Source: Kondoa subrosea (lineage: Eukaryota). From it: a stretch of 64,000 nt of DNA. The notes below the pieces were generated by a model. It was not told the origin of the DNA, did not search any database, and worked only from the letters and a program-made list of their open reading frames with translations. The translations under genes and the position numbers were made by a program. Position 1 is the stretch's first letter. Each line of letters starts with the position of its first letter. Shown here piece by piece: positions 13,353 to 25,368 of this stretch. Location of the stretch: assembly GCA_039545335.1 (NCBI GenBank), contig BCIN01000002.1:3205564-3269563 (forward strand), written 5' to 3'.

Positions 13353-15799
13353 ATGCAACAGTTGAAAGTGAAATCGGACTCGCCTCTTATCTCAGCTCAT
13401 TCTTACCTGGCCGTCTCTCTTTCCTCTTTCTCTTTCGATTCCCCTGCTCAGCTAAACAAAGGGATGGGTCATATTGTAACAACTCCAGGATCACCAAAAT
13501 CTCTCAGCATTCCTACTGCGCATGAACAAGACTGTCAATCCTTTCAGAAAGCTCTCAATCTATTGCCAGATGCTCGACTGGACCTGCCACCTCGTTCAGG
13601 CTTACTGGCTCGAAGATCTCTACCTGCTCTAGGCATCGAATCTCGTAATGCAACAGCAGCCCTCAAGCCGACCGGTAGCTCTGAGCCATCTTTTACCAAG
13701 ACAAGCTTGGATAGCGGAATCGCAATGCCGCCCAGCTCAACGTTTGCAGCTCCACTACATTCAGCTTTGCTGACCAGTTCTGCTTCGGACGAAACCTTTG
13801 TTGATGCACTATCAGCCAAGTCAGCTAGCTGGGCCGGTGTAAGTAATCGTCTTCTCCTCTTGTCATCCCCATACTGAAGTCAGTCTAATAGCCCTCTGCA
13901 CTTGGCAATCGAGTCAATCGAAATGAAACGCCGGTACCTGGTTCTGCTCCCTTAGCAGCCAGAAGAGGGCAACACATTCAGCTTCATAATCTTCCACCCG
14001 TCCCACCTCTTATGGGCAGTAGTCATCACCATCATCGAGCATCAACATCAACAGATCACATCTTTGGCAGCGACAACTATTCACTTCGACGCCATTCTCG
14101 AGATCACACCTCCTTCTCTACCAACACTTACTCTACTGGAGCACCTACTACCCCCTCTGACGAAGATGGTCTTAGTCACGACAGAAAACGCTCTTATACT
14201 TCTAATGAAACACCGCGCTTCGCTTCACCTTTCGCATCACATGTCAACAGTCATTATCGTCAGTTTTCAGAAGCAGATGCATTGGCTGACATGCATGCCT
14301 CTTTCTCTTACCTAATGGATCGAGGTCGTTTCACCCCGGCCGATGTCAGTCGAGTTGCGACTCCCGTACTTGGTCAATCCAAAGCTGCTGGCACCTGCAA
14401 CACAACAACGAAAGGCAATCTCGATTCGGCCTCAAATCCTGCTGGACTAATGGGTACTTCAGCTGGTCATTTTGGTCCAGCTATCCGAGAAAAGGTTTCA
14501 AGCATTCTCAGCGATCTTCTACCGGGCCTGCCAGTAGACTGTCCAACAGTCTCCATCGTTGAATATGGTGCTTGTAGAAGCAACTCAGTCTCGCTCGTTC
14601 CTGCTATCATCGCACCACTCAACACATCAAGTAATGCAACAACAGAGTTCAGCATTACTCACACCGATGTCACTGCAAGCGACTTCCGACCTATCGTCCA
14701 ACAACTCGATTCCGATTCTTCTTCCTATCTTTCCAATTCTTGGCAAGCTTCTCAGCGACCCTCTTTACAGGATCGAGTCTTCAACGCTTTCTCGGCTCGC
14801 AAGTTTGGCGACATGGTTGTTCCCAAGGAGTCTGCTTTGGTTGGCTTGAGTTTGATGGATTTGCATTGGTGTCCTGCTCCAGTCAAGGAAGGTTTCCCTG
14901 ATGTTAAATTGGCCAAGTTCCTGCACACCCGGGCAAAAGAGTTCAAGACTGGCGGCATCCTCATTTTGGCGTACTTGCAACGGAATGAAGATTTATCTAG
15001 AACGGCAAGATTAACAAGTCATTCTGATTTACCTGGATTTCTTTCTCCTCTCAAAGTACCTGCTCGACCAAATCATCATCCAGTTAGCATTTCAAGTACT
15101 ATGTCAAGAGGTAGATCGGGCTCTACTCCTGCTAAACCTTGTTCGAGTCCAAAACCATACGATATTTGGCAAGCTTTGGCAAACACGTTGGCTCCTTGCA
15201 TTCAGAGATTGGTTTCTTGTGGCATGGTGAAATCCGATGTCGCTAGACATCTTCTCACAGTTAGTACCATTTTTCGCTCTCGTGCCAAATACTTGCTAAT
15301 GCGTGATCTGCAGATCCCTATCTACGCTCGAACAGCTGAAGAAACTTTGTCTGTTTTACGAACCGTTTCTGACCATTGGCAATTGCAACATTTTGCTGGT
15401 CTACCTTCCCCCGACGATCTGGAACCTTCGTATCAACTCGAACATCCTCAAGCGACTTTCGAACCAGCTTTGAATCTCATTCATCCTGCTTGCAAAGGTT
15501 TAGAATCGGGTCAAGTTTCTGAAAGAGTCTATGCGGAACATGTCTTGGCTTTCTGCAGAAACATTTATGAAAGTCATTTCAGATGGGCTTTGAAAGAACA
15601 TGGGAATTTGGGTAGAGGGGCTATTGAGTGGATTTTAGATGCACTTTGGGAAGCATTGAGAGAAAAGGTAAGTCTTCATCTCTCCTACTGTTCAATGAAA
15701 CAAGGGAATGCTGATGCTAAAACTTGGCAATAGGTCGAAGATGGGGCATTGAAGCATTTGGAATTGGACATCTCTGTAATCGCTTTAAAGAAGATCTAG
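13353..15799 (+). CDS. Hypothetical protein with a long disordered Ser-rich N-terminus and a C-terminal SAM-dependent carboxyl-methyltransferase (SABATH-like) fold
   Basis: SIVEYGACRSNS, THTDV..SDF, FGDMVVPKES..VGLSLMDLHW, FLHTRAKEFKTGGILIL resemble degenerate SABATH motifs; introns near 13839, 15260 and 15668. Confidence 0.6.
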
Positions 15800-15995
15800 A
15801 GGAAGACCGATCATTGGATGGTTGGGAAGAAGCATAGCATTACACATTATCATTCACACAAGAGGCACCGGCATACTTTCATTTTGGGTTATATTGGTAA
15901 TTTGTACTTTCATTTTGTCTTGTCGTTGTAACACTGTCTTGCCGGGTCTAAGGTTATTTATCCCAAATACAATTGCATTTACATCTCTATCATTA

Positions 15996-16892
15996 TTACA
16001 ACTTGTTCATTGGACGCATTTCACTACTTGAGCCTTTATATTCCGTTGAAGGTTTCTTTCTTCTCTTACTGGCTGTTTCTTGACCTACTTTTCTGACATA
16101 GACTCGCCACAGACAAGTCATGATACCCTTGAACAGACCCCACGGAGGCAACAACCAACTCAGAACCCAAGTCCAACCTGCATCCCTTCGAAGTTTGTTC
16201 GCAACGGCTAAAACTTGTCGTTCCAATTCAGGTAGACTTCCTGAGTTATCAATAACATGATCTGCGTAGAGGAGTTTGGAAGAAAGTGGAGCTTGTGAAG
16301 ATAAACGAGCTCGAGCTTCTGACTCAGTGAAATTGTTCCGTGAAGCCATTCGTTGTGCTTGTAGTTGCTCTGAGCTGTCAATCCATTATAAACTATCAGC
16401 GTCATGCTGAAGTCAGGAGGGCATCGACAGACCAGTAGACAATTATGATCTTTCCGCAAAACTTCCATAACCCAGCTTCAACTAACAAAGGAGCATCTAC
16501 AATTGCTACTTTCTCGCCAGATAACCAGCATTTGACCAAAGCGAGTGCCATCAATCTTCTTATAGCAGGATGAACGATTCCATTCAATACTTTTCGTTCT
16601 TCTGGGTTATTGAAGATGATTTCACCCAACTTGGCACGATCTAAACCTGATCCATCTGATAGAGCGATTGAAGAACCGAAATGAGAAACAATGGCTTTGA
16701 AAGCTGAAGTAGAAGGTTCAACTGCTTGACGAGCCAAGATGTCTAAGTCGATGATTGGGAATTGATTGGACAGAAGAGAAGAAACGGTAGATTTGCCTAT
16801 TACATATCAATGTAAGAGAAAGGTAGAGAGCTAGCGTAAGAAGAAGGCAAAACACCTGAGGCAATGCCGCCAGACAGGCCGACAACAAGCAT
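15996..16892 (-). CDS. CAB5: Dephospho-CoA kinase (CoaE/Cab5)
   Basis: MLVVGLSGGIASGKSTV P-loop, IIDLDILARQAV, LDRAKLGEIIF, LNGIVHPAIR, DAPLLVEAG, ADHVIDNSG; C-terminal hydrophobic segment; ends -NKL. Confidence 0.93.
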
Positions 16893-17443
16893 CGCTTGAA
16901 ATCGCGCGGAAGTTCAGTCGAAGAAGAGATGTGAGGACTAGAGGCACTCTGAGAGCGTAGAAAACGTAGAGCAGAACAGGCTGAAGCGAAACAAGAGAAT
17001 TCGTTGCATTTCCTCTCTTGACCCAATTGCATGACTTACCTCATCCTCAGTTGCCCTATACCTATGCTCAGTTGGGCTCGGATGATGAATGTAGCCGCTA
17101 CGAGAGCTCAGCGAGAGGATCTGCAAGCTAAATTATTGCCTTACCCAAATCCGGTCATGCATTTTCTGCCATCTCTATGTTTCTTGCCTATCTGAGCTCT
17201 CTTAGTCTACAATTAGTACATCTACCAGCCGCTCTAATATGCCTCGAAGGGTCCAACAATGTCAGGCTCCGTAGAGTCTAAACCCATTCGTTTTCCTGCA
17301 TGTGGCATTGTACACCTTGAAGATTTCCTCAATTCCATCGCTCTTACTCGTTCGCAAGCATCTCCAGTCGTTCTCTCTCCTCGTCGTTCTCTCTTCGCAT
17401 TATCTCTCTCGTTCTAGCATTCCAATACTATACCTAATCAATC

Positions 17444-19117
17444 ATGCACTTGTCAACATCAGCACTTGCATTCTCTCTTGCCTTCTGTACAAGTCTCACA
17501 ACAGCTTCACCTATTCGCAAGAGAACTGGAACTTCAATACCTCTATCGAAAAGAAGTGGAGATTTCCCTACTGTAGATTCGGATGGATCCATCAAATGGT
17601 CAACAGCTCAGTCGCACGTAGCAAGAGCCCAAATGAAATACCTAGCAGGAACAGTGGCATATCAAAAACGTACTAACAAACCTCTACTTGGCGCACCGTT
17701 ATTATCAGATCAAGAACTAATAGAAGCAGAACAAATATTAAGACGAAGAAGCAGTATGAATGATGAAGATCCTTTGGAAAACTTTATGCCAAGAGCTGAT
17801 TTAGCTGCAAGAGATGTACAAGCTTTCGGGTCTGGTGTGAGAATGGATCGAAGAAGTGCTTCTGGTGCTTTGGAGATGCAAAACTACCACAATGATTATC
17901 GTATGTTCCACTGCTGACTTGCATGGTCACTCTAGATTCTAATGAGAATGCAACGTAGTTTGGGGTGGAACTGTAAACATTGGTACACCACCTCAAGCAT
18001 TCCTTATTGATTTCGATACCGGTTCAGCTGATTTATGGGTGCCCTCTATTAACTGTACTACTCCTGGTTGTGCACCTCATCACAAATACGATGCGTCTGC
18101 TTCTTCTACTTCTAGTCTCATCCAAGGCGCATCACTTAATGTCAAATATGGAGATGGCTCGTCAACTACCGGAGAAGTGTTTACGGATATCGTTTCAGGT
18201 AAGTTCCATCGATCTCTCGTACCATTTACTATTGCTTATAGGAGCACGATAGTCGGATCCATGAGCGCCAAAGCTCAAACATTTGGTGCAGCGGAAAATT
18301 TATCCGATGATTGGGCTGACGATCCTATGGATGGCATCATGGGCCTAGCCTACCAGTCTATTTCTCAACTACAAGAAGCACCATTCTTTCAAACAGTCAG
18401 TTCCTGTATTTGCTCATTTGGTCTCTTTGCTTATTTCATCAATTATAGCTAATGACGGAAAACTCAGTAGCGGAACCACAATTCTCTTTCCGTCTTGCCT
18501 CGGTAGCATCAGGTCAACAATCTGAACTATACCTGGGTGGATCAAATCCTGCTTTGTATCAAGGAGATCTAGAATGGCATGCAGTTGAATCTCAATCCTT
18601 CTGGACTTTGAAAGGCAATGTTCAAGTCAATGGAACGGCTGCAGTAAGCAATACCTATATGATTATGGATACAGGTCAGTTTCCCTTTGCTTTATCTGTT
18701 CGAACTCTTCGCTGATACTAAGCGAGTAGGCACTACTGTTATTGTTGCACCACCGGAAGATGCGAAAGCTTTCTGGTCAGCTGTCCCAGGAGCAGGAGTG
18801 TACGGCAATGGATACTACACTTTCCCATGTTCAAATCCACCTGAAGTAATGATTGATTTCGGCGGAAAACAATGGCTTATGGATGGAAGTCATTTATCCA
18901 TGGGTGCGCTGAGTGAGGGTAGTGATAGATGTGTTGGATCTGTGGTCGGTCAAGATATGGGAATGAGTGAGTCTTTCCTGCTTTTTGTTTGCTAGGATTG
19001 GAAGACTGATGATATGTGGAAACAGATGCTTGGATTTTGGGAGATGTGTTCTTGAAGAGTTTATATGTCTCATTCGATTTTGGTACGAACTCTGTCGGGA
19101 TCGCAGCACCAGTATAG
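17444..19117 (+). CDS. Secreted aspartic protease (pepsin family A1), multi-exon
   Basis: Signal peptide and propeptide; catalytic DFDTGSADLW and IMDTGTT; YGDGS; DGIMGLAY; WILGDVFLK. Confidence 0.92.
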
Positions 19118-19345
19118 CATGTTCAGTAGGGATAAGGTTCGTGTATAGGGTTGTGTCTGGGATGTGAAATAGAGTGTATCTTGTCGAGCGCTCGAGCGTC
19201 GAGCACTGACTTTGACTCGTAGTTTTCTTGTTCGCCGGCTATCATCCACGCAAATTACTACAAATAGCAGGCCTTCAATAGAGCAACTGCTTGCTACAAT
19301 CATCTCCCTCGAATTCCTCAAGCTGGCTATCAGTAATCCTCGGAA

Positions 19346-20629
19346 ATGGCTCAATTACAAGATCTGCCAGTCGAACTACAGCATGAAGTACTCTCACATC
19401 TCTACGTTTACGCTGAACATTCTAATGAGGCCGATCCGAAGCAAAAAGATCTCGTTTCCAGCTCTCTGGTCTGCAAAGTCTGGTCCCAGATTTGCAAGTC
19501 TTTGCTCTATAGAAGAATCAGTATCAATTTGGATGAGCTGGACATGCTTTCACAAGCAGGAGCGGACACTCCCTGCGTCTTGAACAAGTGCAGCGAGAAT
19601 ATGAATCTGGCTGCTAATGCCCAAGTGGTGTTCTTATCTACCACTGGTTTTAGCATACGGCATCAAAGTCAAGTTCTACTATTCTCTGTTGTTCTTGACA
19701 AGATTCGCGAGCTTTATATCCAGCTTATCTATGATGCCGAACCAGAAAGTGATCCCGATATGTTTAAGCGTCTCGTCGAATTTGTACTGAACCTGCGGCA
19801 AATGCGTCGCATTCAAATTATTGTCAAGATGGAAAGCTTCAATATTTACTGGCAGGGGCCGTCAGGTTCAGATTGCTTACAGCTTGAAGAGGCAAATCTC
19901 AAAATCCAAACTCTGTCTTCAGCTAGTCCGTTGGTTGTCGACAGATTGGATTCATTCTCTTCTTCACTTCCCCTTGCGGCCATTACCAGTCACGGCAAGT
20001 ACTGCTCTCACCTATTATGGTCAGGCCAAGCACGACCGCCGACATCGCAAGAATGGCACAATATGGCACTTTTCTTGCCCTCGCTTTCCCAAATCAGTAT
20101 GGATCTCTCTGCTATGGACACTGCTCAATCCAAGGCTTTCTTTAATATGCTTCTGCCCATTACAGAAACCCCTGTTGGTAGACAACTCAAACGAATTGAT
20201 ATCGAATCTTCTTACTTTGAATGGTCCTCGCTTTCCATCTTGGGGAGCGTAGAAGCTTTTCTCGTGCTAGAAGAATTGAATATTACAATGAATATCGATA
20301 CATGTTTTGGGAAAGGTGAAAAGAAATTATCGGATGGTCAAGAGCGAGCGTATGGGGCCAAAGATGATCAGATGCAGCAACTCGGTTCGACATTGAAGTC
20401 ATATACCAGGATATCTAATGCAAGGACAGCTAATTGTAGCATTCAATGTTGCTGCAATGCTATGCTTCGATTACAAGTCAAAGAGGAGAAGATTGTTAGA
20501 CTGAAAATGGTTAGCGTTGTATCTGAGGAGGATGCGGACAAGAGAATGAGAGCTGAAGATTGGTCATTAGTCTTTGGGCTAGACTTGGATCCCGATGCAG
20601 TGTTGTTTGGCTTCCTCCTACCAGAGTGA
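19346..20629 (+). CDS. Intronless F-box domain protein (427 aa)
   Basis: LQDLPVELQHEVLSHL...DLVSSSLVCKVWSQICKSLLYRRI F-box signature; LRR-like LxxLxI segments. Confidence 0.75.
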   Translation: MAQLQDLPVELQHEVLSHLYVYAEHSNEADPKQKDLVSSSLVCKVWSQICKSLLYRRISINLDELDMLSQAGADTPCVLNKCSENMNLAANAQVVFLSTTGFSIRHQSQVLLFSVVLDKIRELYIQLIYDAEPESDPDMFKRLVEFVLNLRQMRRIQIIVKMESFNIYWQGPSGSDCLQLEEANLKIQTLSSASPLVVDRLDSFSSSLPLAAITSHGKYCSHLLWSGQARPPTSQEWHNMALFLPSLSQISMDLSAMDTAQSKAFFNMLLPITETPVGRQLKRIDIESSYFEWSSLSILGSVEAFLVLEELNITMNIDTCFGKGEKKLSDGQERAYGAKDDQMQQLGSTLKSYTRISNARTANCSIQCCCNAMLRLQVKEEKIVRLKMVSVVSEEDADKRMRAEDWSLVFGLDLDPDAVLFGFLLPE

Positions 20630-20954
20630 AGCTTGAGCGTAAGTCATCAGAACCTCAAAAGGGAATTTGCATTTACGTTAGACATCTGGCAGAATCGTCT
20701 TCAGCACAGCTATATCAATCTGTATCCCGCAAGTGGCCCTTACAATGATTGTACGAAGTTTACTTCTTGCAGCATCAAAGGTCGACAGAACTCGGTCTTG
20801 TCTTGGTAATCCATTCACATTGTATTCATGTGTGTAACCGAGAATGTCTTTCCACAATATGGCATCGTGATAGATGTTTCTCACTCACATTGACATTTCT
20901 AAGATTCACATGCCTTGTTGTCAACTGCCATAACGCTACCATACTGTACAAACG

Positions 20955-22425
20955 ATGTCATATGACCCGTCAATATATCATGGAATACCAGAACCTGTAG
21001 TACCCGTCGTTGCACCTCAATTCCCTCTTGCTGCTCAACCTGAAATAAGTTAGCAATCTGTGTCATTCAGCATTAGGCCAGTTCTGATCAGCTCGTCAGT
21101 CAGAGCCAGCCAGAAGGATCTCTACTACCTGCACGAACTACGAGAGCTGCTGGAGCCTGTCGCAAGAAATATTCTTGGTGCTTCATGTTTGTGCGATGTC
21201 GTGACTTTGGCTTACATGTACTCGAAGGTACTCGCTGGCTACATCGATGGACAGAAGAGCTCAGTCTGAGTAGCAAGCTTCTCTACTTCTCATTAACTAC
21301 CTTTCTTGGTACGAGTGACAGCTCTTCTGCAAGTTGATCTTGAGCTCATGTTTCATCGAAGGCTCGCAGACGCTGGGAGAAGAATATACAGATATCTTTC
21401 ACTATAACAAAAGTAGCAAAAGATTGCCAACGTATAGAGTAAGCCGTCTTCAGATTTGCTATCTGAATCGGAACTCATCCAGCGACAGAGGAGAGGTGTT
21501 ATTCTGCTATTACATATACTAGCGCCTTATGTTCTTCAGCGAATATATACTCGACTACGGAATCGAGGAAGAGAGCTTCGACAAGCAGCATTACAAGAAG
21601 CAGCTTATTCAACAGAAATTCATCCTCAACCTTTATATCTGCGTATTTTGTCAAGCTATGATTTCCCGGACTTCCAGACACTCGTGGAAGAGACTATTCG
21701 TCCTGTTCATCTAGCTGTCTTTTACCTTACTGGCAAATACTATTCTTTAGCCAAACGATTCACGAAGACGATATATGTAAGACTATAGTATTGGATCGGC
21801 TCATTTGGTTTGCTGAAGAGTGTATTTAGCTCTCTGCACAACCTCCGCCCCAAACTGAACCGCCGTCTTATGAAGTGCTGGGAGCAATGATGGCTGTCCA
21901 GATCGTTATTCGATTAATCATGGCTATCAACAGAGGTCGAAAAGAAGCACGTCAATTAGCGGAAAAGCAAGCTCAATCTACGGAGAAAGCAGCAGCGATT
22001 GAAGAAAAAGTCAAGAAACGTAGAACGGTCTTTGTTGATGGTGTACCTTTATCGGAAATGATTTTTGATCCGGAAAACCCTACACCTGCTGAAGATGACG
22101 ATGGGTTTCAAGAGGATTATGATAAGGCTGATGGCGGATTGACTTCGCATGAAAGGAGATGTACATTGTGTTTGGGTCCGAGGAGAAGTCCAACTTCGAC
22201 AGAGTGTGGTCATGTTTGTGAGTAAATCTGAACGATTACGTTGGTATTAATCTGACGGACTACCAACAGTTTGCTGGGAATGTATAGTAGGATGGGCTCG
22301 TGAGAAGGTAAGTTGAGCAATTGTTCTGATTGTCTTCGGCTGACTTGGAATGACAGAACGAGTGTCCGCTATGTCGTGATTCTATATCATCGCTGTCGCA
22401 ACTGTTACCTGTGTATAATCTGTAA
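20955..22425 (+). CDS. PEX10: Peroxisome biogenesis factor 10 (RING E3 ligase)
   Basis: FPLAAQPEIIRASQKD, QTLGEEYTDI, HLAVFYLTGKYYSLAKR, PSYEVLG, RING CTLCL..RRSPTSTECGHVFCWECI..W...ECPLCR. Confidence 0.93.
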
Positions 22426-22562
22426 TAACCTATAATCGCCTACTTCTATTAGCCGAAGGGCTTTGTTGACCGAGTTGTTGACCGGAGCGGAATTAATTGT
22501 CGCGAACGAATTCGGGTGCTCTTGCTCTGCAACAATACACAGCCAACAGATATATCCATCCA

Positions 22563-25114
22563 ATGCAGCAAACACTTTCAGTTACCGATAATCGGACAGG
22601 AAAGACTTGCGAGTCCTCATAAACCTCTTGCGTCCCGAAGTTATCTGATAAAGAAGCGACAGATACTGTTCCGATCAGCGCAGAGAATAGCATTGATGCT
22701 ACTGCCTTCAGAGCTATGAAAGCTGAGCCTGGGAAAGGCGACAGGCTCGAGAACGAGACCGCTGCTGGATTGAGAGTCTATGAGTGAGTATTGAATCAGA
22801 TCAATTCCGTCTTGGCTCATCCTTTTGCAGCCCGGGATACCAGTCAGTTCGTCAGCAGTATAAATGCAAATGATCTCACAGTCTACTGGCAGAAATACAG
22901 CTGTTGTAAGCTGGAGACTGCGTCCACAAGCTCCACTAAGGTGGTTCTGCTGCACTCATAGGTCAAGTCGGCTATTACGTTTATTGATGGCGAGAAGGGT
23001 GTAAGTGCGACTTTGAAGGATATGATGCTTAGCTGACTGGCGTATAGATCCTACGGTATCGCGGCTAGTAAGTCTTGAATAATGTTCACGTCGCAACCGA
23101 TGGCCGACAGTATCCTTCTCACTCATATAGCCCAATCGAACAATTGGCCGCAGAGTCTAACTTTCTAGAGTCTGCCTATCTTCTCAGTAAATTCAAATTC
23201 ACCTATACAGTCTATATTCCAGGCTAAATTTGTTTTTTAGTATATGGCGAGCTACCTACGCGAGAGCAATACACGAAGTTCGAGGAAGAAGTAATGCATC
23301 ATACTTACCCGCATCAAAATATGTCGAAGATCTTGGAAAACTTCCGTGTATGTCAAGTGTCCTCTTCGGTAGCAGCAATGACCGCTTATGTCTATGCTTC
23401 CCGATCGCCTAGCATGACAGTCATCCCATGGCTATTTTGGCTGTAAGGCAGAAGTGTCTTCAGTAGTAACACCGTTCGCTCATGTCTACACTTCTTGATT
23501 ACTATAGTCTTCTTTTGCCGCCTTAGGTGCCTTCGCACCAGAAGCCAACCCAAGTTTACAAGGACAGACCATTTACACCGATGGTGCCAAGAATAAAGCG
23601 GAGGCACTGGCTCTACTTGACAAGCAGATATATCGCTTAATCGGCAAGTCAATCACATTGGCTGCTATGTCATACAGAGTACTTCAGCTTTGAGAAACGC
23701 GAATGTCTCTGATGTTGTGTTCTCAGGTTAGGCAAGGCAGACCCTTCAATAGACCACCTCATTCTCTCTCTTTCGCCGGCACCTTTCTGTACATGCTCGA
23801 TCACCTCAATCAAACTGATTACAAGCCACATCCGGTATTTGAGAATGCTCTGGACAAGCTCTTTTTGTGAGCTAGAAATCTCTCGTCAGTTGTCTGTGGT
23901 GACTAATTTCAATTCCGATAACTCGACTACATGCGGATCATGAGATGAATTGCAGTACTGCTGCGTACGTGTTGTTGTTTTTGACCCTTTCCTTGGACAC
24001 CACTTACGCTTTGATCGAATAGAACGATGCAGGTAGGATCTTCTCTAGTTGATCCCTACTCCGCAGTCGCAGCTGGTACAGCAGCTCTTTATGGACCGTT
24101 GCATGGGCAAGCTTTCTTCCTTGGCATTTTGTGACATCTCGCTAATTTGTCTGATTTGTAGAGGTGCTAATGAAGCTGTAATCCGAATGCTGGAGAAGAT
24201 TGGTACACCTGATAATGTTCCAGAGTTTTTAGAAAAGGTGAAAAGAAGGGAAGCCGTTCTATCAGGGTGAGTGAGCTTTGACACCCTTTCGGTTCTTAGC
24301 ATACTGAAGCTGTCGTCTAATTACCCCTTATTTGTTGAATCAGATTTGGTCACCGTATATACAAAACCTCTGACCCAAGATCTTTCGTTGTACATGAAAT
24401 CGCCAAAGAAGTCTTTGATCTGGTACGTCTCCTGATGCGGCATCTGCCACAAGTCTGGTCTCTTCTGACTATCGTCTGTACAAACAGACTGGACCTGAGC
24501 CTTTGCTCGATACTGCTCTTTGTCTGCGAGATGCGGCGCTGAAAGACGAATACTTTGTCAAGCGAAAACTGGCACCGAATGTCGGTAAGTGTGATCCTGG
24601 ATTCTAGGCTTCTTCAGTACTAACGAGGGCCCAGACTTCTTCTCTGGCTTAATCTATCGAGCCATGGGCTTCCCAGTAGAGTCAGTCTAAACGCACTCGA
24701 CGTTTAGGTTTACAGTGTGCTGATACGGATCCCCGTAGCATGTTCCCTGTTCTTTTTGCAGTTCCTAGGGTCGTAGGCTGGGTAGCTCACTGGAGACAGC
24801 AAGTCTTAGATCCCAAGGGAGTGAAGATCTGGAGGTCAGCTTAGTTCCTCCTTTATTGCTGACCGAAACTAAATGCATAAACAGACCTCGTCAGTTATAT
24901 GTAGGAGAAGGTGAACGCGAATATAAGCCTATGCATGAAAGGCAAGACCAGACCAGAGGTGATCCTAAGAAGCAACCTCAAGAGGTTTCGCACCATTCAT
25001 CAAGAAGAGCTATGAGTGCGTCTCGATCTTCTTAGCTGCGCGCATCCGCTGATATCATCTTCCTCAGTGGGTACATATCGAGAAAAGGGGAAAAAACGAG
25101 TCAACAAGCTTTGA
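22563..25114 (+). CDS. Citrate synthase, peroxisomal/bacterial-like type, about 19 introns, C-terminal -NKL
   Basis: [97 protein letters not shown]; ends KGKKRVNKL*; no N-terminal mitochondrial presequence. Confidence 0.92.
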
Positions 25115-25368
25115 GTTCAAGTTGATAGTCTCTGGGTTTATAAATTTGTATCTGCTGACATGTATGAATGTCTCCACTCGTGGATTAGCTTGTTGACTTC
25201 CGTTTTCCATGCCGATTCACAGGGTGCATTCGAGCAGTTATCGGTTATCTTGAACCATCGCCAAAGTTATTCCCTCAGCAAAGGGACAAAGCAAACAGGC
25301 CCATCTATACCACACTGGCAGAGATTGATGCCTCGATACCATTGCATATAGTCAAAACAGACCCAGAT

